From the NCBI GenBank assembly GCA_013239625.1, contig MU053216.1:1514943-1578942 (forward strand): a DNA stretch of 64,000 nt, written 5' to 3'. The notes below the pieces were generated by a model. It worked only from the letters and a program-made list of their open reading frames with translations. It did not search any database and was not told the DNA's origin. Made by a program: the position numbers and the translations under genes. Source of the DNA: Lama guanicoe. Lineage: Eukaryota. The first letter of the stretch is position 1, and each line of letters starts with the position of its first letter. Below, piece after piece: positions 13,336 to 26,199 of this stretch.

Positions 13336-16309
13336 AGATGTAGCCCCATTTTTCCTTTGGGAACCAACTTGTAATTCTAAAAACTTAAAAAGGATCACAC
13401 AGTCATCTGTCTTTCCTGTGCTGTACCTGACGGTAACCGCTACACCATGAGAGGGTCTCCCTTCGTAGGGCTGGTCCAGCTGCGCCGTGAAGCGAGCCCA
13501 CGGGAGCCAGACACCGCAGGGCTTTCCCATCCGGTGAAAGGTGGGTGTGAGCAAAGACCGCTAAGGGCTCTGGAAGCCCCGGGGGAAAGCCTGGAGGAGG
13601 ACTTCACAGAGGGCGGGCCACCCTGGCAGTACCTGACCACGCGGAGCCATCCCAGCGTCACAGAGAGGGGCACCCGGGTACTGGGGCTTCGTGACGTAAG
13701 CACACAGAGCCGCTTAGTAGTCACACCAAACACTGAGCCGAAGCCTGACTGAGCCCGCGGATGTGTGAGTTTACAGACCACAGAGATGACAGAGGAGTCT
13801 TTTTAAACAACACCACTGGCGTGCGGTGAGCGCAGTTCAGACTGCGGATAAACCCTCAGGAAAAAATGACTTCCATTTCAAGGAGAAGAAAGTGAGGGCG
13901 ACAGAAGCAGAGGAGGAGCCCACAGCATAGAAGAGACCCAGAAACTAAGTGTAATATGTGAGACTTATTTGGCTCTTGACTTAAACTGATCGTAAAAAAT
14001 TTTTTTTTTAATTCTACAGCTGCTAAGATGGCTCTCTCTACTAAAGGAAAAGACAGGATCACAGACCCCACCCAGTCTCTGACTTTTTTGGCATAAATCT
14101 TGTAATTACAGAGGAGTACCTTTTAGTTAAACCCTCTTGCCTGCAGTTAACACCCTTTAAGAGTCAGCACATCAGACCTCACGGGTCACTGATTCTCAGA
14201 CTTCGCTGAGTTCAAGGGCAGGCGTCAGTGAAGCACCGAAGGACTTCAAGACTTGAAGAGCCGTCCTGGGAGATGGGGCAGATTGCTCCCGGTGAGACAA
14301 GGATAAAGCTTCCTAACCACTGTACCTGGCCACGTGTGGACCGGGGCCAGGACTTCCTGTTACTGGCGGCGTTTAGATAGAGAGTGGATGGTTACCTGTC
14401 AGGGATGTTGTTGAAGGGCCTTACGCCTTTCTGCCACCTTTTGGGTTTCAAGATTGACATTAATCTGGAGAGTGAGCCTGGGAGACCAGGAGGCTGTCTT
14501 GTTGCTTTGTAGTCAAAACTGCACCAAATGGCTTCACTGTTTGGTTTGAAATATTTGCTCTTCTAAGCTCTTGGTCATTTATATTAAAACATGCAGAAAA
14601 AACAAACAAACACTCCAAAGACAAAAAACCAGAACGCCTCCATCCTGGCCAAGCCTGCCGCAGTCCCCTCTACCAACATATTATCTGAGATCAGCTCTGA
14701 GGAATCAGACGTGTAGAGACCGGGGAGCTCAGGAAACCCATTAAGTAGGTTATATTTTATTTCTGACGCCATTTCCGCCGGCCCGACCACTAGGCTTTTG
14801 CCTTGAGTACAGTCTGGGCGCGGAGGGCTCTTGGCACAAATCTGGGCCGGCGTGCGGCAAACGCTCCGACACCGGCTGTAGCCCGGCTGTGGGTCTGCCT
14901 GCACCGCCACGTGGGGGCTGCCACTTTTCCACCTGAGAGTTCAGGGCAGGTCGCAACCCACAATTAATATTGAAAAGATGTAAACATTTATGTAAGTGGT
15001 CACTGAAAACCAGCTTTGGTTTCCAAGTTTTTTCTTTTCTTTTCTTTTCTAGCCCAGACCCTGTATTTAAGTGAAATCACCCTTCAGTATAAAGCTGAAG
15101 GCTCTACCCACATCCCCGACTTCCAGGCAGTTCTGCAGAATTCCTACTGTTTTTCAGAATATTGACTTCAAGGATAAAAATTAAAACATAAGCAAAAACC
15201 TTAAACTTGACATTTCTTGTGAAGGCTTATATTCATGCTCTTTAAGAACATACATCTTCTTGCTTCACATAATAATAATAATACCATATTTTATAACACT
15301 TTTAACTTTGGGTAGTGCTTTTCTATGAATTATATCAGATTTTGTGGTCTGTGTGCCCCCAATTTTAATGTAGTCATTTCTAATTTCATGGTCTATGTCT
15401 AAGAAGAACATTTGATATTATGACCTGTTCATGGACTTTTCTGGCTGTGTAAGCAATGCAGGCTTTCTGCTAAGTAGAGCTCTTTTAAGCAAGTATGAGT
15501 TGATAGTTATTTTCCTGAAGCCCTATTATCTAGCATCTGTTACTGACTGACCCACCCACGGGCAACAAAGGATTACTCAACATATTAACATATGCTGTAA
15601 TAAAGAGAAAAATCCCTAATTCTTTAAAATACTTTTATATAAGCTTTCAGACTATTTATAATCTATTTTAACACAATCATTTAAATTCCCACAGTATGTC
15701 ATTACACTGCCAAATTGAATTTAAGATTTTTTTTTGCAAAATGCATTCATTGTGGCTTGTATTTATTACTATTAAGGGATTATAACCAAATGCTAACTGG
15801 TTGTGCGGTAAGGGAAGGATGTGCTAAAGTGGATTAAGGTATTAAACTCAGTTTGTGAAATCACACTGAATGTATTACCGTCCAAATTAAGATTAAAAGT
15901 GCAGAAGGTTCTTGTGATGCAGCAAACAATGAAAAGTCAAAACTGGAAAGGCTTTCAGCCTGGAATGAATCACCGCACAAAATGAAAAAGGAAACACCCG
16001 CAGATTTCATTACTTGAAGGGAAAAAAAAACCCACCCTCTGTTTTACAGCAGGTGCAGGAAATGGCACGGGAGATTCGGGCAGTTTTCTTCTAGGGACAG
16101 TGACTTACTTAACTTGAGAAAGGTCTTAAGCTCATGAACCTCTGTGCTTAATTCTAAGATGTTCCCTTGCTGAGATGAACCATTTAAACGAGGAACTTTG
16201 CTTCTTTTTTCTTACAACCAGAAACACTTGTTCACTGTGGAAGATGCAGATGAACAGAAGACAAACATCAACATACGCTCACCTTCCAGAAACAGCCACT
16301 AGCAGCACG

Positions 16310-17660
16310 TTTTAAAGCTCTACTGAGATTCACACACCACACAATTCACCCACTTTAAGTCTGCAATTAAATATTTTTCAGTACATTTACTGGATTGTAC
16401 AACCATCACCACAATATAATTTTAGAACATTTCGTTACCCCAAAAAGGAGTCCATTAGCCATCACTTCCCATTTTCCACACCACACATCCCCCTTACTCA
16501 GCCCTAGACAAGCACGCATCTCCTGTATCTATAAATTTGCCTATTCTGGACATTTCATCAAAGTGAAATCACAGTATGTGGTCTTTTGTGACTGATCCCT
16601 CTCACTCGGTTTAATGTGTTCAAGGTTCACCCAGGTTGTAGCATGAATCAGCACTTGATTTCTTACGGCTGAATAATACTCCAGCGTATGGACATGCCAA
16701 CATTTTGTTTATCTGTTCTTAGTGGACAATGGGTTGTTTCCACTTTCCAATTGCTGTGAATAATGCTGCTATGAATATTCTCCTTCAAGTCTTTGTTTGA
16801 ACACCTGTCTTCAGTTCTCCTGGAGTCTAGGAGTGGAATTTCTGGGTTGCATGGTGGTGCTACACTTAACACTCAGGGAACTGCCAACCTGTTCTCCAGA
16901 ATGGCTGTGCACCACCTCACAGTCCCGTCAGCGACGTGCGGAGGTCTCGGTCTCCCTCAGGACACTTGTTGTGTCTGAATTTTTTTTTTCCAATAGCCAT
17001 CCTGGTTGGTGTGAAGTGGTATCTCCTTGTGGTTTGGACTTGTATTTCCCTAATATCTAGTGGCGTTGAGCACCTTTTCTTGTGCTTATTGGCTATTTGT
17101 GTACCTTCTATGGAGAAGATTTAACCCTTTGACCTTTTAAAAATGGGGTTACTTCTCTTTTTACTATTGAGTGGTAAGACTTCTTTCTACACTCTGGGTA
17201 TAAGGCCTTATCAGATGTATGAATTACAAGTTGTTTCTCCCATTCTGTTCGTCGTCTTTTCACTTTCTTTATGGCATCGTTTCCAGCACAAATGTTTTAA
17301 ATTTATCTACTTTTTCTTTTGTCTCTTGGGCTTTTGGTGTCCTATCTAAGAAGGTTTTGCCTAACCTGAGGTCATGAAGATTATGCCTATGTTTTCTTCT
17401 AGGAGTTTGAACATTTTGACTCTTATATTTGAATCTATCCACGGTGAGAGAATTTTTGTGTGTGGTGTGAGGTAGGGACCCACTTATGTTCTTTTGCACA
17501 TGGAGATCTAGTTGTCCCAGCACCATTTGTTGAAAAGACTACTCTCTTCCCTATTGAATTTCCTTGGCAGCCTTACTGAGAAACTGACCCTAAATGGAGG
17601 GGTTTATTTCTGGAATTCCAATTTTATTCCACTGATCTGTACGTCTATCCTATGTAAGTA
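16310..17660 (-). mobile_element. L1 (L1M-type) 3' portion
   Basis: Antisense L1 3'UTR/ORF2 text: tgtacaaccatcaccac, gtgaataatgctgctatgaa, gtggtatctccttgtggtttgg, gttgtcccagcaccatttgttgaaaagac. Confidence 0.85.
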
Positions 17661-18827
17661 CTGTTAATATTTGCCATGAATCCTTCCTCAAATTTTTTCC
17701 TCTCTGTTACTATTATTTTTTCAAAATAATTGGATCATACCAACCATACAGTTTTTAACTTACTTTTTAAAAAAGAAATCATTAATATCCTCTCATCTCA
17801 TTAAATATTCAACATAACTTTTAATGGCTGCCTTTTATTCCATTGTTGATTAATTTTATTCCATTAATTAAACAATAGTAGTTTAATTCCCTTTTGTTTA
17901 ATATTTAGGCTGTTCCCACAATAACATTTTTTCCAAATATGTAATTAAAAAACCCCAAAATATACCTTTATGTATATCAGTACTTAGTTTATAAGGAAAA
18001 ACCTAGAGTGGGAATTGTGAGGCATGAATATGTGTAAGTTCTTGACACACCTGGCCGTTGTGCTGGCTGATGAACAACGCACAAGGGCCTCACTTCCCCA
18101 CACCCTCCCCGCAGGTGCGGATGGTCATTGTCAAGTCTTCACCAATTTTAATCCCCTTTTTACATGGACTTATACAAAGAGGGACATCTCAAAACTAATA
18201 ATTTTTTGATAGATTGACTTAAAGACAAGTAACCATCTTTTCCCCATATCTTGAAAATCTCAAAGTTTACTGTTATTTTCATTTCCTGTATAAAGTATTG
18301 ACTTGTATTGCTTCATAAAGTAACCTGCCGTTGAAAGAGAATATTTCAAATTAAATAACTTCATGAAGCAGCCCATGAGACAGAGACCACAGACGTGGTG
18401 TCCACGTCGGCAGGGCAGTGGAGGTTGGGGGAAGGGGCCCTTGAGGCTCGGAAGAAGTCATGCTTTGGGTAGTTGCTCCTGTGAATTTAAGTGCGAGTGA
18501 CCAGAGAAAAGCAACCGAGCTTTGGAGGATCCAGTTGTAGCTGGTGATCGTGAACCTGTAGGGTGGACGAGGCAGGTATGAATCGTGACTTTCTTGGATC
18601 AGATCCAGGATCCACCAGTAAACAACTGTCTTGTCTCAGCCAAGTGCATTAAACTTTGTTCCTCAGAGTGTCCATATTCATTTAGTGAACGAATGTGTAT
18701 TAAGTGCCCACTTGTGCCAGGCACAGTTCTTGGTGGAACCAGGGTGAAAAACACGAAGTCTCTTCCATGGTGGAGCTGGTGATCCCTGCACCTGCCTCTT
18801 GGGGTGCTGTGGGGGTGCAATGAGATT

Positions 18828-18987
18828 TAAATTTCATCAGGCTTAAGATGCATACTTTTTTCACACTTTAAATCTCTGAAATTGACTTGCATCTTACAAT
18901 TAATTGGCAGGGTGTTTCTCTTTTTTAGTGCCACATAAAGTAATGGTGCATCTTACAATCAGTGGGGTTTCAGGTTCACTGAAATAT
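18828..18987. mobile_element. MER104-like TcMar DNA transposon (MITE)
   Basis: Terminal inverted atttca...tgaaat and duplicated gcatcttacaat motifs. Confidence 0.55.
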
Positions 18988-19254
18988 AATCAAACTTGTA
19001 AAAGCCTAATAAAGTGTCTAAAACCCAGGCTGTACGTTGCAGCACTGCTTTCAATAGCAAAGAAGTGGAAACGACTCAGATATTTGTCAGCCGGAGGTGG
19101 AGCTGTCATACAAACACCCGAGGGAGCACGGGGGAGCCACTGTAGGTGGCTGGGACGCCAGCACCAGGACGGGTCGCTGAGCGGACAGAAGTTACTGTCC
19201 TGTGCTTCTGTCTGCCTAGTAGGCAGATCTGCTGTTTGTGCACATCTATAAAAC

Positions 19255-19577
19255 GTTCGCTTACATTTTCAGAAGTAAAAGATAGACAAAAGTCTTTCGA
19301 CACTTGCTTTTCCATCTCCATGTGATCTAACTTCCTCCCCTTAGAATTCCCAGGACACTACCGCCAACATCTTCTTTTGTCCTTACCTGAAGATGGTGTT
19401 TAAAGTAAGGGTTTTGGCCCTTTTGGGGAGTCACTCAGTTTCTCTGGGTCTCTCCCATCTGTAAATGTTATTAAATTTTGTTTGCCTGTCACCTGTTAAT
19501 CTGTTTCACATCGATTTAATACTTAGACCAGCCAGAAGAGCCTAGAAGGGTGGAGAAAAATGTCTTCACCTCTGACA
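19255..19577 (+). mobile_element. ERV1-type LTR fragment (MER39-like)
   Basis: gaagatggtgtttaaag...ggggagtcactcagtttctctgggtctctccc...attaaa...ttagaccagccagaagagcctagaaggg...tgaca terminus. Confidence 0.6.
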
Positions 19578-19989
19578 GTAGCTCAGAACCGGTCTATTTT
19601 TTTCTAACCATCCAATGACATCATTGTAAGTTCAACTTTTAGGGTGAATGTAAGGTTGTAAAACAGACCTAGTCTTAACTAGGTACCTCCTAACTTGGTG
19701 TCCTTCACTGCCAAGAATTATGTACTTCTGTGAATACGTCTGTGGCAGGAGTTCGGGCAGAAGTGATAATACTGATCACTGAGATCATAAACTCCATGAT
19801 GTGTTCAAGAGTCATAGGAAGATGTTTCTGAAATTAATAATAAAATATGCATCATGCTATTGTGCAAGCTAAGTTGACCTGTGAAAGCTTTTCTCTCCCT
19901 GCTGTTCGGTGGTCAGTGCAAAGCCTGCATGTCAGCCACGGCTGCCTCCTCTCCCCACCACGTCCAGTCCGTCAGGAAGAGCCGGTAAC

Positions 19990-20580
19990 ACCGCTTCCTA
20001 CACATCTCCTGATTCTGTCACTCCTCTGTGTCTCCACGGCTGCCACTTTAGTTCAGGCCGCCATCTTCTCCAGCCTGGATTCCTGCCTCAGCTTCCTGCC
20101 TCAGTTTTACCCCCACATGTGGAGTCTTCTCTCCACACGGCAGCAGGAGTGAGGAGTAAGCCATGGTTGCCATGTGCCCCTGAGATGTGGGGCCTTTTGT
20201 GACCACGGCGTAACTCGGCCCACACAGACAGCGCCCAACTTCTTTCGGTTCCTCGGAAGTGCCACGCTCACGCCGGCCTTTCCCCTCCTCTTCCCCTTCC
20301 TGTTTCGGTGGCCCCAGTTTCCCTGCAGCCTTCAGTCTCAGTTTAAGCTTCACTTCCTCCGCAAGGCTGTCTTGTTTCCCCATGTTTGGGTTGTGTTCCC
20401 GCTCTCCATGTCCCTGTGGCCTTGCACACATCCCTGTCACAGCACTTACTACGTAACTGTCTCCACCCTCCGCCGCAGGCCGGGTGAAGGCAGGGGTGGG
20501 GTCTTTCTTGTTCATCCTTGTATTCCTAGCCTTGTCACGTGATAGCTGCTGGAAGTCCCCTCAGTGAGTAAATAATTCAA
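19990..20580. mobile_element. L2 relic
   Basis: gccactttagttcaggccgccatcttctccagcctgg...gtctttcttgttcatccttgtattcctagc, typical L2 3' region. Confidence 0.55.
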
Positions 20581-21689
20581 CTTTAGCACTCGAAGGCTTT
20601 GTCATGCTACTAGTAAGAAAAAGTCACTGGAGGCAGAACGTGGGAGGGTCTGCGTTGTGGCCGGAGCCACTGTGATGACGCGGGGTGGGGGGAATCTCAC
20701 TGGCAGCTGAATGCTGTCAGCCTGTGCTTTTCCGCCTCCACCCTGATGGCAGTGTGCGCGGCCTCCCAGCCTCCCATGTTAAAGGAGCAAGGGGTAGCTC
20801 TTCACTACCAGGTGTGAGACGGACGGGCCTGGATGGAAGAATGACGGCGTGACTACTCTCGAACGTGTCTCCGCAGCACCAGAGAAGCGCCTGCAGGCCC
20901 GTTCACGTCCCTGCGGCGTTGCTGGTCCTGGACACAGCAGAAGGCAGACTTTCAGAATGACTACGCAGGATGTATGCATTCCACAGCTCTCGTCTAACTG
21001 AGTCACCCTGGGCATTGTCCCGGCCCTCCCTGCCATAAAGCATAGTGCACAGCAGCAATGCATTCCTCACGCCACATGCGCTCTCCGCGTGAACTGTCCG
21101 AGGGGTTTCCGTGGTCCCACGGGTAAACAACCATCCTAAAGCGTGTCGGTGAAGATGTCTTGTGAAGAAGGCAGAAGTTGCAGCTTAGGTTAACTGGACA
21201 GGGTTCTGGTGAGACCTAAGAAGAAAGCTGAATTGGAGCTCCTTATTAAAGGACACCCGGTGGGGTGGAGCCACATGGGACACGCGTGTGGTCCTGAGGC
21301 TGACTTACCAACTTCGAAAGATGAAGGGCTTGATGTTAAATATTAGGCTTCATCTGGCATGCCTCACTCACAGGCAGGTACGGGCTGTAACTAGGCTGCA
21401 CGTTAAGCATGAAGCATCCCACGTGTAAAGACAGACTAGTTTCCCGAAAGTCGTAATAAGAACAGGCATGTACGTGGCAAGTCCCCAAAGCGCCTGTGAG
21501 AAACCGACGAGAGATGGGTAGGGCTCTGGGACACATATCAGCGTTAACTATTTCTGCGGTTTCCAAAGGATTAGGACGTGCTGGGAACGCTGGAAATGCT
21601 GGTTGGGACCAGGTCTCTTGATTGAAAGTTCTGGGATGCGGTTTTAGAGCCAACATAAAGACCCCAGGAGTGTAGTCCCGGCGATTTAG

Positions 21690-21860
21690 GAGACAGAGCT
21701 GGGCGTGAGTTCCTGCTGTTGCACCACTGCCTGCGTGACCTCGGGCAGGGCGCTTAATCACCTGTTTCTCCATTAGTGCAGTGGGGATAAAACACCCACT
21801 TTATACGAATGAAACATGATCAAGTTTGTGAAAGGCTTTGCATAATGCCTGGCTTTAGAG
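21690..21860. mobile_element. MIR
   Basis: gtgacctcgggcagggcgcttaatcacctgtttctccatt core. Confidence 0.6.
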
Positions 21861-22109
21861 AGTCTAATTAAACAGTAATTACAATCAAGCAGAGGTCTCC
21901 AATGAAGAAGGGGGCTGCCCTGTAAGGTAAGAAAGAAGTGCGCTGCCTCTGTAAGAATTTAGTAAGTCAGCTGGCCCCGAAGCAGGGCGCTGCGCACAGT
22001 CCCCTCTGCCTGGCCGCGGGGAGTGCAGGCTGTGCCTGGGCCCCTGCGTGCATTCAAATCTAAGATTCTATGACATATTAATGCCTGATTGCTTTGCAAA
22101 TACTGATTC

Positions 22110-22650
22110 TAAAATAAAATGGCCCCAAAACACACAACACTAAAATTGCTGAAACTATAGGGAGAAATGGACAAATCCACCATCATTTTCTTTTTGAAAA
22201 ATAGAAAAGGCGTTTATTGGTTCACACGGCAGTGGACAACAGGGGGCCCCCGGGTGAGAGGGGCCCACAGGGCTGCAGACCCACTGCTCCAACAGCAGCT
22301 TGACTGTTTGATCCACTTTCTCTGTTAATGGGCAAGGGGCATACTGGCCTGTTAGTGAAGAGGCGGAAAATCTCAACAGCAAGTGTGACTTGCTGCTGTA
22401 CATCACTGCGCCTGTCTACCTGATGGTGGAATCGGTATTCCTTCTCGGCTTCAGACGTTCCTAAAAACTGATGGACTACCTCGGACAGCAAATCTCAAGG
22501 ATCTCTGACCCTCTGGCCACAGTGCAACAAATATATATGCACAAAACATAAATATATTTTGAATTAAGAAAGTCTTTAAATAACTCATTGTTTAAAGAAG
22601 AAATAATAGAGATTTTAAAATCCTGGAGCTGAATAAAAATACCATATTCC
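22110..22650 (+). mobile_element. Degraded L1 ORF2 endonuclease-region fragment, interrupted at 22186-22287
   Basis: ggagaaatggacaaatccaccatca...gcaaatctcaa...aaataactcattgtttaaagaagaaat resembles the start of L1 ORF2. Confidence 0.5.
22186..22287 (-). pseudogene. Candidate 5'-truncated retrocopy of an unidentified transcript 3' end
   Basis: Minus-strand AATAAA (22213-22218), A-rich tail (22186-22195), degenerate flanking direct repeat tccaccatca / tccaacagca. Confidence 0.35.
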
Positions 22651-22739
22651 CCACGTCATTCTTTGACGCTTGTATAACCATGGATCACGTGAGAAAGGAA
22701 AGTTGTAGGTCCATCTTATTTATAAACATACACTTAAAA

Positions 22740-23725
22740 ACCATATGATCCAGCAATCCCACTCCTGGGCATATATCTGGGGAAAAGTGTATCAGAAAGA
22801 CACGAGCACCCCAGTGTTCGCAGCAGCACTATATTCAACAGCCAAGACATGGAGACAACCTAAATGTCCAATGACAGGTGACTGGATAAAGATGTGGTGT
22901 ATATATATGTGTATAATGGGGTACTTCTCAGCCTTAAGAAAAAATGAAATAATGCCGTTTGCAGCAACACGGATAGACCCAGAGATTATCGTATTAAGTG
23001 AAGTAAATCAGAGAAAGACAAATATTATATGGTATCACTTATATGTGGAATCTAAAAAAAATGATACAAATGTTATTTACAAACCAAAAATACACTAATA
23101 GACTCATGGACACAGAAAACAAACCGTGGTTTGGGGCAGTGGGGGAAGGGGTGGGGCAGAGGAGGGATAGATTAGGAGTTTGGGATTAACAGATATACAC
23201 ATTACTATATATAAAATGGATAAACAACAAGGACCTACTGTACAGCACAGGAAACTAAATTCAATTCTTTGTAATGAGCTGTAATAGAAAAGAATCTGAA
23301 AATATACATATATGTGTATGTGTATGTATAACTGAATCATTTTGCTGTATACCTGAAACTAATATTGTAAATTGACTACACTTCAGTAACAAAATAAGAA
23401 CTTTTTAAAAAATGGCTACCTGAAAAATAATGACACAGATGTTATTTACAAACCAAAAATAGATTCACGGACATAGAAAACAAACTGGTTACCAAAGGGG
23501 AAAAGGCGGGGGAGGAATAAATTAGAAGTCACATCACTATATATAAAATAGATAAACAACAAGGACCTACTGCATAGCACTGGGAACTATATTCAATTCC
23601 TTCTAACATATAATGGAAAATAATCTGAAAAAAATGTATGACTGAATCACTTTGCTGTACATCTGAAACTAACACTGTAAATCAACTGTACTTCAATTAA
23701 AAAATAGGAATTGAAAAAAAAGAAA
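22740..23725 (+). mobile_element. L1 ORF2 C-terminus and 3'UTR, with a second tandem 3'UTR copy (about 23420-23720)
   Basis: atatgatccagcaatcccactcctggg, aaaatgaaataatgccgtttgcagcaac; aacaaggacctactg occurs twice. Confidence 0.85.
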
Positions 23726-23769
23726 TACGTTTCCGTCGTTAGGGTAGGCAAGGATTTTTTTCCCTCTAA

Positions 23770-24090
23770 TTTACTTTATTTTCTGGAGCAGTTTTAGGTT
23801 CACAGCAAAGTGAGCGGCAGGTACAGAGGTGTGGCATCTGCTCTCACACGTGCACAACCCCGTCCTGACACCCCCCACCAGAGGGAACCTTTGCTGCCAC
23901 TGATGATCCTGCACTGACACATCACCACCCAGAGACCATCGTTTATGTCAGGATTCACCCTTGGGATCGTGCGCTGCGTGGGTCTGGACAAATGTATAAT
24001 GACGTGTATCATGCAGAACTGTTTCACTGCCCTAAACATCCCCTATGCTCTGCCCATTCGTCCCTCCCTCCCCTCAATCCCTGGCAGGAC
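23770..24090 (-). mobile_element. Old L1 3' end (L1MC-like)
   Basis: gagcagttttaggttcacagcaaa...ctgcactgacacatcaccacccag...gtttcactgccctaaa. Confidence 0.65.
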
Positions 24091-26199
24091 AAGTTTTTAA
24101 GACATCAAGGTTGCTAACTACAAAAAAAAAAAAGACAAACTTAATTATGTTAAATTTAAGAACATTTATTCATCAAAACACGGTGTAGAAACAAAGAAAG
24201 TGAAAAGATCTTGGACTAGGTCCTGAACTGGGGGGAGCGGGTTGCTCTAAATGACATTACTGGAACAACTGATGAAATTTCAGTGTGGACTGATACTACA
24301 CATCGGTATCAAATCACCGTTAAACTACTTACATCTGAAAATTGTTCTGTGGAAACATGAGAATATCTTTGTTTTCAAAGATGGATGCTACAACTGACTC
24401 CCAAACGGTTCAGAAAAAATAATATATAGTCTCGTCCACACAAATGCAGCAAACGGTGAGTCTGCGCAAAGGGTACACAGTTACTGTGTTAGTCCTGTAA
24501 GTTTGATTTTTTTTTCAAAATAAAAAGTAAAACATTTTAAAAATATTTGAAAACACATGTTATAAACAGGGAGAAAATACAGTCCTGACTGTTCTCACAT
24601 AATTGACAGAAGATTGTTCTCTATATTATGGGTTTAAAACCATTAGAAAAGGAAGAGAAACAGGAATGAACAGTCAGCATATGGAAAAATGTTCAGTGTT
24701 ATCAGTAATTAGGGGATACAAATTAAGACCATAATCAGGTACCAATTTATTCTTAGTAGACTAGCAAAAGTTAAGACGCTTGACCCATGACAAGGACTGG
24801 AGAGAATGTGGAATAACAGGAGAGGGCTGATGAGTGCTGGTGCAGGAGAGACTGGCACCGCCACTTTGAAAACACCTCAGCATCGTCTGGTAAAGCTGTC
24901 CGCCCCACCCCTCTGACCCAGTCACGTTGCTCCCAGGTTCAGGGAGACTGGGCACAACCACAGTGGAAGTGCACAGGATTGGTCCTGCCAGCCTTGTCAG
25001 TCACCACCAGGAGCAGACTCAGGTTTTGCAGAGAACAATCCCACAAATTACAAACGTGAAAACACCCAGGAAAGCACCGTACTCTTTCCTTAATTAACTG
25101 TGTCACGCACCTCTGTATCTTGTTCCTTCGCAGTTTTGGCTGCATACTCCGTAAGCTCCTCTTCATATGACAGTGATTTCTGTACATTAGTTTCTGTAGA
25201 GAGAATGAAAAGGTTGTCTTTCTTTTAGCACAATTTATTGGACATTTTTTATTTTTAACATTTGGGATGTAAAAACATGTCTTCACATACAGGCAGACTC
25301 ACTGCAGTTCTGTTATAGGTTTGTGACCTACAAACTCAGGAAGTCTGATAAATTTTACTTTGTGTGATTCTCATCAATGAAGAAAAAATGTAAAGTGCAT
25401 TTATAATCATCTAAGAATGACTACATCCCTAATTAGAGAAGCTCCATCTGACTATGCACTGGTCAGAACTGGGTCCCCTGATACAATTTGCACATCTCGT
25501 GGGTTTTTACAGACTCGCTTCCAGCTCCTTTCTTTCACTCTGTTTCGCCCCCAGCACGCACATACCTCCGGTGCTCGGTGCTGGAGAACACACGTCTGTT
25601 CCCCGCGTCTTCCTACTCTGGGACGAAAAGCAAGAGCCTGGCAATAAAGACTGCAACCCTCAAGCGTACATCCCACCCAAGTGAAAATGAACGTACCTCC
25701 AACTCAGCCCGCCTTCGCTCCATCCCCAAATGCCTGCAGCCACCCATCAGCCCACCTGAGAGGTGCTGGAGGAGGGCACGCAGGATATGGAGAAACTGGT
25801 CCTAAACCCATTTAGGTTTAAATGACTTTCTGCCGTAGATTTTACAAGATCATATGACCGTATGCACACGTTACCAGCCTCCTCTTTCAGGATAGAGGAG
25901 ACCCACGGGAGTAAGGGGCCCTGAAACTCAAATTCCATTAGCCTCCAATACTACTGGTGGCAACTCAAGTGTCCGCAGAAAAATGAATGAACAGCTATAC
26001 ACAAACTAATTTACAGACACTATGTTACAGTGATGAAAATAAATGTTCTACTGCTTGCTTGCACTTAGCAACTTGAATGAATCAAGAAAACATGTTGAAT
26101 ATAAAGCAAATCCCACAAGGCTAGATATGTATGTTATTTTCACAAAGCTCAAAAAAGACACTATATATCGCTTAGGAATGCATCCAACGATGATGAAAC

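Noticed and set aside
14584..14956. 108-aa minus-strand ORF in a CpG-containing patch
   Set aside because: No recognisable homology, poly(A) tail or splice structure.
22176..22430. 10-bp inverted repeat tccaccatca / tgatggtgga
   Set aside because: Too short to distinguish from chance.
22155..22491. Minus-strand ORFs suggesting a larger processed pseudogene
   Set aside because: 22300-22500 is better explained as decayed sense-strand L1 ORF2; only the roughly 100-bp insert is retained as a candidate.
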